From positions 1,912-65,911 of the forward strand of contig JALOBE010000004.1 in NCBI GenBank assembly GCA_023228425.1: a stretch of 64,000 nucleotides of DNA. Reading direction: 5' to 3'. This stretch comes from Syntrophales bacterium (lineage in GTDB: Bacteria; Desulfobacterota; Syntrophia; Syntrophales; UBA2210). The notes beneath the pieces are model-generated. The model searched no databases, had not been told where the DNA came from, and saw only the letters and a list, made by a program, of their open reading frames with translations. Each line of letters begins with the position of its first letter. The first letter of the stretch is position 1. Position numbers and translations under genes: made by a program. Below, one piece after another: positions 8,616 to 16,772 of this stretch.

Positions 8616-9073
8616 CTCTCTGAAGACTCCCCTGGTGGTTTGAAGGTTCTTTCGCCGGCTTCCCCCTCTCCCGCTTTTCCTGTTGTTTCGAGCACAACGC
8701 CCGTCACGCCCGCCGATCGGATGGCGTCCATGACGAAGATAATCCGGTCATAGGAGACGTTCCTGTCACCGGAAACCATGACTCGCTGATCGGGATCTCC
8801 CCGGAGCAGCAGGGTGACCTGTCGGGACAGTGTGGACGGTTCGACCCGGTGGCCTTCAAGGAATATGGTCCCGTCGGCATCGATGGAGACAGTGACGGGC
8901 GCCCCCTTTTCAACCGAAGCGGTGCCGGCACCGGGGAGCTCCAGGCTGATGCCTTTCTGGGCCGTCATGGTCATGGAAAAGAGGATAAACGTGACCAGTA
9001 GCAGAAAAATGACATCGAGGAGGGGGATCATCTCGATGCGCGCCTTGTGTCGCCGGGGTCGCGCGATCTTCAT
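8612..9073 (-). CDS. exbD: ExbD/TolR biopolymer transport protein
   Basis: 153 aa with IEMIPLLDVIFLLLVTFIL typical of ExbD/TolR. Overlaps tonB and exbB by 4 nt each. Confidence 0.85.
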   Translation of the reverse strand: MKIARPRRHKARIEMIPLLDVIFLLLVTFILFSMTMTAQKGISLELPGAGTASVEKGAPVTVSIDADGTIFLEGHRVEPSTLSRQVTLLLRGDPDQRVMVSGDRNVSYDRIIFVMDAIRSAGVTGVVLETTGKAGEGEAGERTFKPPGESSER

Positions 9074-9690
9074 CGGCCGTCGCCCTTTCCGTTCTTGTTT
9101 TTTTCCACGAGCATTTCAAGGGTTGTGGCGTATTTTTCAATCTCGTCCGTCGCCTTTTCAACACGATCGGAAAAATAATTGTAGGGGATGAGACTGAAGA
9201 TCGCGATGACCAGCCCGAAGGCTGTGGTTATCAGTGCCTGGCCGATTCCGGCCGTAACGGCGGCGGGATTGTTAACGCCGGCCTCTCCAAGGATGGTGAA
9301 AGAAAAGATGATACCCGTGACGGTTCCAAGGATTCCCAGAAGCGGAGCCAGGGTGATCATGGTGTCCAGAACGGGCAGGTAGCGTCTCATGCGGCTGATT
9401 TCTTCGCCGGCGGCCATCTGGAGGGCTTCCCGGAGAGAGAACTCCCGGTGGACCATACCGCAGACAAGCACCCTGATGCGGGGATCACGGGAACCTTCAG
9501 CCAGCCGGCGGGCACCCTGGAGGTCGTTTTTCTCGACGCAGGCCATGAAGTTCTCGATTCCGGCAAAGTCGCTGTCACGCCCCTGACGAATCCAGAACAG
9601 GGCCCGTTCAATGATAACGGTGAGGGACAGGATGGAGCAGAACAGAAGCGGATACATGACGGGACCGCCCCGGCAGAAATAGTCGATCAT
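9070..9690 (-). CDS. exbB: MotA/TolQ/ExbB proton channel protein
   Basis: 206 aa with a three-TM ExbB pattern (APLLGILGTVTGII, GIGQALITTAFGL). Confidence 0.85.
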   Translation of the reverse strand: MIDYFCRGGPVMYPLLFCSILSLTVIIERALFWIRQGRDSDFAGIENFMACVEKNDLQGARRLAEGSRDPRIRVLVCGMVHREFSLREALQMAAGEEISRMRRYLPVLDTMITLAPLLGILGTVTGIIFSFTILGEAGVNNPAAVTAGIGQALITTAFGLVIAIFSLIPYNYFSDRVEKATDEIEKYATTLEMLVEKNKNGKGDGR

Positions 9691-9744
9691 GTTGCGAACC
9701 TTTCCTTTGATGCGAGCGTTGAAGAAGCGTCGTTTGCGGTGTTA

Positions 9745-10341
9745 CGACCGCTGTTTCATTTCAACAGGTCTATCGTGTTCTTCAGATTGTTCTATATCGC
9801 TCGATTGTTTCAGTTTGACTGCCCTCTTCTATCATTTTGATCGCCCTCCCCGCCAGTTTGCCCGCTCTTTCCGTCGTCTCGACCGCCCTCCCCGTCAGCT
9901 TGACTGCCCTCTTCCGTCGTCTCGACCGCCCTCTTCCGTCATTTTGCCCGCTCTCTCTGTCTTTTCGATTGCCCTCCCTGTCATTTCGACCGGAGGGAGA
10001 AATCTGAAGAGATCGCACTAGAAGAGAAAGATTTCTCGTCGCTTCGCTCCTCGAAATGACGGAATTAAACACTCCTCAAAATGACGGGATTCAACGCTCC
10101 CCTGACGGGATTCAACGTTTCTCGAAATAATGAAATACACAATGTCCTTCGAAATAACGAAATGCACAATGTCCCCTGAAATAACGGAATGCACAATGTT
10201 CCTCGAAATGACGGAATTAAACACTCCTCAAAATGACGGAATTCAACGCTCTCCTGACGGGATTAAACGTTTCTCGAAGTAACGGAACGCGCAATGTTCC
10301 TCGAAATGACGGAACGCACAATGTTTCTCGGAATGACGGGG
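9745..10341. repeat. Repeat composite D (about 600 nt dyad-organised array)
   Basis: The left arm has about eight antisense 20-22-nt units (tYtYgaYYgccctcYYc...). The centre holds a gagaaatct/agatttctc dyad. The right arm has about twelve sense 20-28-nt units starting tcgaaatgac/tcaaaatgac/tcgaaataac, and includes an internal about 153-nt higher-order duplication (10048-10128 vs 10201-10277). Confidence 0.9.
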
Positions 10342-11310
10342 TTAAAAAAACTCTCCTGTTCCCGCGTCCGGCACGTCTTCAGGGCCTGTCTCTTCCGCCG
10401 GGTGAAGGAAGGCCGCCAGTGTTTCGATTCCTTCGACGAGCCGCGGCGTCGGCTGGTAGAGTATGTCCGGGTCGATAGAGTAAATACGGCCGCCGGTGAC
10501 GGCGGGGATGTCCCTCCAGCACGTCCAGCGCTCTGTCCGGGACCGTCCGGTCGTTTCGGTGCCCATGGACGCGAGGATGATGACCTCGGGCATTGCGGCG
10601 ATGACCATCTCCATGTTCACCCTCGGGTAGCGGATGGCGGAATGGCTGAAAACGTTGATGCCGCCCGCTGTTTCTATGGCCCGCTCATGAAAGGTTCCTC
10701 CACCGACGGTTATGAGCGGATCAGCTGAAACCTGGAGAAACACCCGGGGTTTCGCTCTGCCGGCGTGGCGCGCGGCCACCCGGTCCAGGCGACGGCCCAG
10801 ATCGTCCACAAGAAGTATCGCCCTCTCGGATGTCCCCGTAATGATGCCGAGATCGACGATCATGGCGAGCATGCTCTCCAGGTCCCGGGGATTCGTGACA
10901 TACACGGGAAAGCCCGCCCGCTCCAGTTGGATCACTGTCTCCCTGGGGTTGCCATCGACGGTGGCAATGATGCAGTCCGGGTCGAGACCGATGATCCGTT
11001 CCAGTGAAAGGGAGGTGAATCCTCCCACCTTGGGCCGGTCCAGGGCCGCGCCGGGGTAACGACTGTCAGTGGTGACGCCCACGATCTCCTCATCCAGGCC
11101 CAGGGCGAAGAGGGTCTCCGTGATATTAGGCGCAAGCGATACGATCCGTTTCGGGGGCTCTGGAATAATGACGGTCCGGCCCAGGGCGTCGGTGTAGCAA
11201 GCCGCTTCCGCCCGGGCGGGAAGGCGCGGAAGCAGAAGGAGAATGAGGAGGATGCACCAGGCCACCGTGAAAACGGTGACGATGGTGGTTCTCTTGGCGT
11301 GTCCGTTCAT
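10342..11310 (-). CDS. Periplasmic binding protein, BtuF/FhuD-like (cobalamin or Fe-chelate ABC system)
   Basis: 322 aa with a signal peptide and the IVSLAPNITETLFALGL motif of the PBP type-2 (PF01497-like) family. Confidence 0.8.
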   Translation of the reverse strand: MNGHAKRTTIVTVFTVAWCILLILLLLPRLPARAEAACYTDALGRTVIIPEPPKRIVSLAPNITETLFALGLDEEIVGVTTDSRYPGAALDRPKVGGFTSLSLERIIGLDPDCIIATVDGNPRETVIQLERAGFPVYVTNPRDLESMLAMIVDLGIITGTSERAILLVDDLGRRLDRVAARHAGRAKPRVFLQVSADPLITVGGGTFHERAIETAGGINVFSHSAIRYPRVNMEMVIAAMPEVIILASMGTETTGRSRTERWTCWRDIPAVTGGRIYSIDPDILYQPTPRLVEGIETLAAFLHPAEETGPEDVPDAGTGEFF

Positions 11311-11440
11311 TGCAATGATGACCTTTTTTGAAGGGTCCGTAGAAAACCGGCGAGCCTGGTATTTCCCCCGTATCAGGAATCCTGTTATTCCCGCCGGGGT
11401 AGGCTATAGTGCCCGCCAAGGTACATCCAGGGTGTAACGA

Positions 11441-11691
11441 CCGTTTGAAAACCTGTCGAAACCTTTGCACAACTGTCGATTATGTCATTTCGATATCAAG
11501 GAAAGATTTCTCGTCGCTACGCTCCTCGAAATGACATTTTTAAAAGTCACTTCGAACTTTCCCCTGTCACTTCGAACGCATGTGAGAAGTCTCAAAGATC
11601 CCTCGCTGCGCTCGGGACAGGGATTTCTCGTCGCGATGCTCCTCGAAATGACACAATGAAAGGTCTCATGACAAAATTTAAAGGTCTCGAT
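11441..11691. repeat. Repeat composite E (MITE-like, about 190-250 nt)
   Basis: The left end is ttgcacaactgtcgattatgtcatttcga. It contains one 92-nt unit (11561-11652). The right end is tcgaaatgacacaatgaaaggtctc...aaaggtctc. It ends 1 nt before the receptor gene stop. Confidence 0.9.
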
Positions 11692-13746
11692 TCAGAACCG
11701 GACCGACAGCCCTCCCTTGATGGTGCGACCCGGAGCGGGATAGTAGGTGTTGTCGCCTCCCCACTGTTGCATGTCGAAGCCGTAGGTAGCGTATTCTTCA
11801 TCGGTGATATTTTCAATCCCGAGGAAGGCGCGTAGCTCAACCCTTTCGAGGACGGGACGATAGTGGAGGTAGAGGTCGAACGTGGTTCGTCCTTCCAGTT
11901 TTTCCGTGTTGTTGTCGAAGTCATCGGCAAGAAAGGCGTCACCGACGTGATGAACTTCCGGTCGGAAAATAAGGTCGCCGGGCAGGACAATCTCCAAGGC
12001 CAGGGAGGACATGAATCGAGGAGCCATAGGCACATCGTTCCCACTACAGATGCCCTCCCGGAATTTTGAACGGCTGAAGGCGGCGTTTCCTTCCATGGTG
12101 AAGAGATCGTCAAGCCGGTAACGGGCGTTGAACTCCAGACCCTCGTGGCGCGTACTGTCCAGGTTCCTGTTCTGTCCCGTGGGCCACAGACCAACGTAAA
12201 CGATTTTGTCTTTCATGTCGATCCTGTAGGCGGTAAGACCGACCCGAAGGTTTTCCAGGAGGGAAAACCGCCCTCCCACCTCGTAAGAGCGCCCCCGTTC
12301 CTTGTCCAGGTTCTCCAGGAAGGTAATGGGAAAGCCGAGATAGGACGCCTGTTCATCGAGAAAGGGATACCGGAAGAAGGTGCCGTAGGTGGCGAAAAGG
12401 TTCGATTTTTCTCCACAGAGCCAGGTAAGACCCGCATCCCACGCTGTTGCGCGGTGTACTTTTTTCGTCTGGTCGAATCGTTCCGTGGGATCGGCGGCGT
12501 TGTGATAGCCGCCGGTGATGGTTGCCTGTTCGGCACGCAGGCCGGCACTCAAAACAAGTGATGGCAGCAGGGAAAATTCGTTGCGAAGATAGCCGCCGAT
12601 GCTGCGTTTCGTGAACTCGATGGCATGGGTCCTGGCTGATCGTCCCGGATCGCCGTACTTGTCGAGGTCCATCGTTTCCCTGTAGAAGTCCAGTCCCAGG
12701 GTAAGCTTGTTGGTCTGTCCCGCGATGGTGCTTTCAAGGACGTAGCGTGGCGTTATCGCCAGGGTTCCCATATCGTAGGTGTTGTACTGGTTCGACCATT
12801 GGGAGGGCATATCCGGCTCCAGTTTTTTCGATCCATAGGCAATTCCCAAAGAAAATTCACCGGAATCGCCAAGGTATTTTTCCATGAGGATATGGATGTT
12901 ACTGTAACGATCGGACGACTCGTCATTCAGGTGGGCAGGAGACTGGGCCTGTTTCCGGTCCACCGCCATCTGGGCTTTCGTAAGCGCTCCCGGCATGTCA
13001 TAGTCTGTCTCGTTGCAGGAGAAGCCGAAAGACAGCTTGATGGTATCCGTGGCGGCATACCCCACGTCGAGACCGGCTCCCCGGGAAGAAAACTTCGATC
13101 GCTCCCGGTATCCGAAGGTTTTCAGGTTTTCACCGAACAGGCTATAAGAAAGGTTTCCCTTCGAGCCGGATACCCCGAGCCGTTCGTTGTGAAGGCCGTA
13201 GCTGCCGATCATGACCGACGCATCGAGGGTGGGGGGTCCTGTACCTTTCTTTGTAATAATGTTGATCACACCGGCGACGGCGGAGTCGCCATAGAGAACG
13301 GCCCCGGATCCGCGGACCACCTCGATGCGGTCGATTGTGGCCAGGGGAACCTGGAGCCAGTTGATGGAGTGCATGTCGGGACGGTTGAGTCGCCGTCCGT
13401 CGAGCATGACCAGTACCGTGCCGAAGGGGTTGTCGCCGCCCATGCCGCGCAGATCGACCATGGCTTCCGAGGGGTTGCCGCTGTAAGATCGGACATTGAC
13501 GCTTTCCAGCTTTTCCAGGAGCTCCACGACGGATGTCGCCCCCGACTGTTCGATGTCATCGGCGGTTATGACACTCACGTTGGCCGGGATCTTGCGAACC
13601 TCTTCGATCCCACGGGTGGCTGTCACTACTACCTCTTCCAGCACGACGGTGTGTTCCTGTTCCGTTCCCCGGGCGTGCTGGGCCCATCCTGTCTGGCTGA
13701 CGAAGAGGATCGAGGTTGCGGCAAGGAACAGTGTGAGATGTTTCAT
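11692..13746 (-). CDS. TonB-dependent outer-membrane receptor (BtuB-like context)
   Basis: 684 aa with a signal peptide, a plug region (VVVTATR, IPANVSVIT), a beta-barrel and a terminal aromatic residue (..LSVRF). Confidence 0.85.
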   Translation of the reverse strand: MKHLTLFLAATSILFVSQTGWAQHARGTEQEHTVVLEEVVVTATRGIEEVRKIPANVSVITADDIEQSGATSVVELLEKLESVNVRSYSGNPSEAMVDLRGMGGDNPFGTVLVMLDGRRLNRPDMHSINWLQVPLATIDRIEVVRGSGAVLYGDSAVAGVINIITKKGTGPPTLDASVMIGSYGLHNERLGVSGSKGNLSYSLFGENLKTFGYRERSKFSSRGAGLDVGYAATDTIKLSFGFSCNETDYDMPGALTKAQMAVDRKQAQSPAHLNDESSDRYSNIHILMEKYLGDSGEFSLGIAYGSKKLEPDMPSQWSNQYNTYDMGTLAITPRYVLESTIAGQTNKLTLGLDFYRETMDLDKYGDPGRSARTHAIEFTKRSIGGYLRNEFSLLPSLVLSAGLRAEQATITGGYHNAADPTERFDQTKKVHRATAWDAGLTWLCGEKSNLFATYGTFFRYPFLDEQASYLGFPITFLENLDKERGRSYEVGGRFSLLENLRVGLTAYRIDMKDKIVYVGLWPTGQNRNLDSTRHEGLEFNARYRLDDLFTMEGNAAFSRSKFREGICSGNDVPMAPRFMSSLALEIVLPGDLIFRPEVHHVGDAFLADDFDNNTEKLEGRTTFDLYLHYRPVLERVELRAFLGIENITDEEYATYGFDMQQWGGDNTYYPAPGRTIKGGLSVRF

Positions 13747-13907
13747 GAAATCACTCCTATCCTTTCAAGGTTGATGTTCTCGTAAAAAGTCCGGAAAACG
13801 TCTGATAGAGGGCGGCTTTGTACAAAGCTCCTTGAGAGCGCAATTAAACATCCGGACTTTTTCTGAAGCCGTCAAGGTTGTTTCCTTTGAGCTCTTTGAG
13901 GGCTGTC

Positions 13908-14086
13908 TCTTGTGTCATTTCGACCTCTCCCCTGTCACTTCGAACGCATGTGAGAAGTCTGAAAGATCCCTCGCTGTGCTCGGGACATGGATTTCTCGTC
14001 GCTACGCTCCTCGAAATGACAAAATCGCTCTGCTCCTCGAAACGACGAAATCGCTCTGCTCCTCGAAATGACACAATTCAAAGTTC
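13908..14086. repeat. Repeat composite F
   Basis: Starts tgtgtcatttcgac, contains a 92-nt unit (13929-14020), then aaatcgctctgctcctcgaa units. The terminal gaaatgacacaattcaaagttctca overlaps the ATPase stop codon. Confidence 0.9.
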
Positions 14087-14863
14087 TCACCTGATCATGA
14101 CCCGAGGTCGCCCCGACTTCGCGTCACGTTCCACCCGAACGTCTGTTTCGTAGACGTCGGTGACGCGCTCTTCGGTGATGACTTCTTCCGGGCTGCCCAG
14201 GGAGTGGATGGTTCCTCCCGAAAGCAGGAGCAGCCGCTCGCAGTAAAGCGACGCCAGGTTCAGGTCGTGGGTGACGGCAATGATGCCCAGTCCCTGCTCC
14301 CGATTGAGTTCCGTCAGCAGGTCGAAGGTTTCCTTCTGGTACTTGATGTCGAGGAAAGCCGTCGGCTCGTCCAGGAGCAGCATCCGGGGCTGCTGGGCAA
14401 GGGCACGGGCGATGAGTACCCGTTGACGCTCACCACCGCTCAATTCGGTCATGCTCCGCCGGGCGAAGGACAACAGCCCCGTCCGCTTCATGGCGTTCCG
14501 GGCAATGGCGAGGTCGCTGTCGCTTTCGAATTGAAAGCGGCCCAGGTGGGGGGCCCGGCCCATGAGCACCACTTCCTCGACGGAAAAAGGGAAGACCGGA
14601 CTGCTGTCCTGGGGTACCACGGCGATGCGCCGGGCGATGTCAGCACGCCTCATATCCTGCATATTCAGACCGTCCAGGGACACTCTTCCCCGCTGCGGAA
14701 CGGCGAGGCCGCTGATTATCCTGATGAGTGTCGTTTTTCCCGAGCCGTTGGGCCCGATTACTCCCCAGAAGTCTTCTGTCGAGAAATTGCAGGACAGATC
14801 CTCGAGTACCCAGGGGCCGTCGTGATAATGGAACCAGATTCCTTCGAGGAAGAGTGCCTTCAT
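14087..14863 (-). CDS. ABC transporter ATP-binding protein (BtuD/FecE-like)
   Basis: 258 aa with Walker A GPNGSGKTT, signature LSGGERQ and Walker B LLLDEP. Confidence 0.85.
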   Translation of the reverse strand: MKALFLEGIWFHYHDGPWVLEDLSCNFSTEDFWGVIGPNGSGKTTLIRIISGLAVPQRGRVSLDGLNMQDMRRADIARRIAVVPQDSSPVFPFSVEEVVLMGRAPHLGRFQFESDSDLAIARNAMKRTGLLSFARRSMTELSGGERQRVLIARALAQQPRMLLLDEPTAFLDIKYQKETFDLLTELNREQGLGIIAVTHDLNLASLYCERLLLLSGGTIHSLGSPEEVITEERVTDVYETDVRVERDAKSGRPRVMIR

Positions 14864-14867
14864 GGTA

Positions 14868-15890
14868 CTACCGGTCCCTTCGTTTCAGGAGGTAGACAAA
14901 AAAGGGAGCCCCGGAGAGGGCTGTCACGACACCCACGGGGAGATCGGCATAGGGGATCACCGAACGGGCCAGCGTGTCCGCTGCCATGAGGAAAATGCCT
15001 CCGAAGAAGAAAGCCGCCGGCAGTAAGATCCGGTGATCGGAACCGAAAATCATACGAACCATGTGGGGAACGATGAGGCCCACAAATCCGATAATCCCGC
15101 TGAAGGCGACGGCCAGGGCCGTCAGGAGTGATCCCGTTATAAAAAGCGTGAGCTTTACGGCTTCGACATTGACGCCCAGGTGTCCCGCCGTTTCCTCACC
15201 CAGGACGATCAGGTTCAACGGCCGGGCATGGGCGTAAACGATACAGAATCCCGCTGCCAGGAGCGCGAAGAGCAGGCTCAGGTTCACCCGGTCGGCGGAT
15301 CCCAGGTTGCCCATGAGCCAGTGGGTGATATCCAGCAGCTCCCCGCTGGTGCTGAGGGACAGGAAAAACATGATCAGGGCCGAGAAAAAGGCATTCACGA
15401 TCACACCGGCAAGAAGAAGTGTCGCGGGTCGAAGCGATGTTCCCGTCCGGCCGATGAAAAAGACCAGTGTCATGGCGCAGGCGGCGCCCAGAAAGGAAAG
15501 GGCGGGTACTCCCCAGAAGAAGGCGCCCAGGCCGGCAATGATGGCGACCACCGCCCCCAGGGCGGCTCCGCCGGAAATTCCCAGGATGAAGGGGTCCGCC
15601 AGGGGGTTACGCAGGAGCGCCTGGTACAGAACGCCCGCCGTTGCCAGAGAAGCTCCCGTGATGCCGGCAAAAAGCAGGCGGGGGAGGCGGATCCGGAACA
15701 GGATGACCCGGTCCACCGTGGCGGGGACGGGGGCGTCGGCGGTCCAGGATCGAATAATTTCCTCAACAGCGCCGGGGATGTCGATTCCCGTGGGGCCGAT
15801 GGCCATGGAAAACACAAGCGTCACGGCGAAAAGCAGCGCAAACAGTGCCGTCACAGCCAGAACGCGGGGAAAAGTCACCCTTGTGTTCAT
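14868..15890 (-). CDS. FecCD-family ABC permease (BtuC-like)
   Basis: 340 aa, polytopic, with a typical FecCD/BtuC pattern (RLPRLL.., GISGGAALGAV, C-terminal GAPFFVYLL). Confidence 0.85.
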   Translation of the reverse strand: MNTRVTFPRVLAVTALFALLFAVTLVFSMAIGPTGIDIPGAVEEIIRSWTADAPVPATVDRVILFRIRLPRLLFAGITGASLATAGVLYQALLRNPLADPFILGISGGAALGAVVAIIAGLGAFFWGVPALSFLGAACAMTLVFFIGRTGTSLRPATLLLAGVIVNAFFSALIMFFLSLSTSGELLDITHWLMGNLGSADRVNLSLLFALLAAGFCIVYAHARPLNLIVLGEETAGHLGVNVEAVKLTLFITGSLLTALAVAFSGIIGFVGLIVPHMVRMIFGSDHRILLPAAFFFGGIFLMAADTLARSVIPYADLPVGVVTALSGAPFFVYLLKRRDR

Positions 15891-16065
15891 ACGAGTCCTT
15901 TCCTCGCGAGGCCCTTTCGTATCAGGCCGAAACGGGGATTTCGAGTTATGTCGTTTCGCGGATCATTCAAAATTTTGTCACCTTGAAGACACGTACTGTC
16001 TCATCACTTTGAGCCTTGTATATTCTGTCATCCCGGGAGGTACCGGACATTCATCCCTCTCGGCG

Positions 16066-16228
16066 GGTTGTGTGCATTTCGCCATTTCAGTGTGCCGTGT
16101 GCATTTCCTCATTTCGATATCAAGGAAAGATTTCTCGTCGCTTCGCTCCTCGAAATGACAAAATCGCTCCGCTCCTCGAAATGACGGACCTTAAGACGCT
16201 CCTCGAAATGACACAATGAAAGGTCTCG
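16066..16228. repeat. Repeat composite G, inside the leader between the riboswitch and the permease gene
   Basis: tgtgcatttc units, then atttcgatatcaaggaaagatttctcgtcgcttcgctcctcgaaatgac, aaatcgctccgctcctcgaaatgac, and the terminal gaaatgacacaatgaaaggtctc. Confidence 0.9.
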
Positions 16229-16482
16229 TTTGCTTTTGCCGGGGGGATACTACGTGTCAAGGACCTGTCACGCCCGGCTGGACAGCTCCATCCCCGCGGG
16301 TGCTTCCGGATTTCCGCCTTTGTGGGAACTACATAACGGGCAGTTTTTCAGATGCACCAGTGGGGTTCGGGCCTGGGGGCCGGACACGCCTCGCCGGTAC
16401 CGATTACGACGGTGGAGACAGCGATTGTACATTAATTGTGCAAAACGAGTGCTTCGCGACGCACCTCCCTCGAGGTTTTCCT

Positions 16483-16622
16483 CATGGATCGGTATTCCGG
16501 CTCAGGGCGACCTACTGGTCCGTCTTCCCATCACGCGGGCGTGATAGTGACATGGTGGACGTTCGTTCCCTTTACGGCTGCGGGGCAGCGGGGGCTTTTC
16601 ACCCCTCTTCCTCACATCCATG
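16483..16622 (-). promoter_or_regulatory. Cobalamin (AdoCbl-type) riboswitch aptamer
   Basis: The minus-strand RNA reads CAUGGAUGUGAGGAAGAGGGGUGAAAAGCCCCCGCUGCCCCGCAGCCGUAAAGGGAACGAA...GUCACUAUCACGCCCGCGUGAUGGGAAGACGG...GAGCCGGAAUACCGAUCCAUG. It contains the GGUGAAAAxCC...GCxGxCCCGC..C.GUAA core, the CACU-hairpin-GGGAAG element and a B12-box-like AGCCGGAAUACC. CAUGGAU/AUCCAUG can form P1. It lies upstream of the BtuC-like operon. Confidence 0.7.
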
Positions 16623-16772
16623 GGCGATATGAATAGACGGCATACTACATGATCGGGGATATGGGGTCAAATGTTTTTTGATGATGTTAGCAACACCCCG
16701 GGATGTCAGGTGCTTTTGACATGGAATTGTGCGGTACTGTCTTCCGGTGTCAGGAGATATTTCCGTACATGT

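Noticed and set aside
13747-13907. A cobalamin riboswitch directly upstream of the TonB-dependent receptor.
   Set aside because: No GGUGxAAAxCC core, CACUG or B12 box is present on either strand. The region instead holds the inverted-repeat and palindrome structure reported as a finding.
16229-16482. The GC-rich ORF-free stretch downstream of the riboswitch could be a second (tandem) cobalamin aptamer, or RNase P, tmRNA or SRP RNA.
   Set aside because: It contains B12-like fragments on the minus strand (GGCGGAAAUCCGGAAGCACCCGC, CCCACUGG, AGCCGGGCGUGACAGGUCC). They are in the wrong order and lack the GGGAA and CUGU elements. I found no RNase P P4 (GAGGAAAGUCC), no tRNA-like 3' end and no SRP domain IV motif. 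It is left unassigned pending a cmscan.
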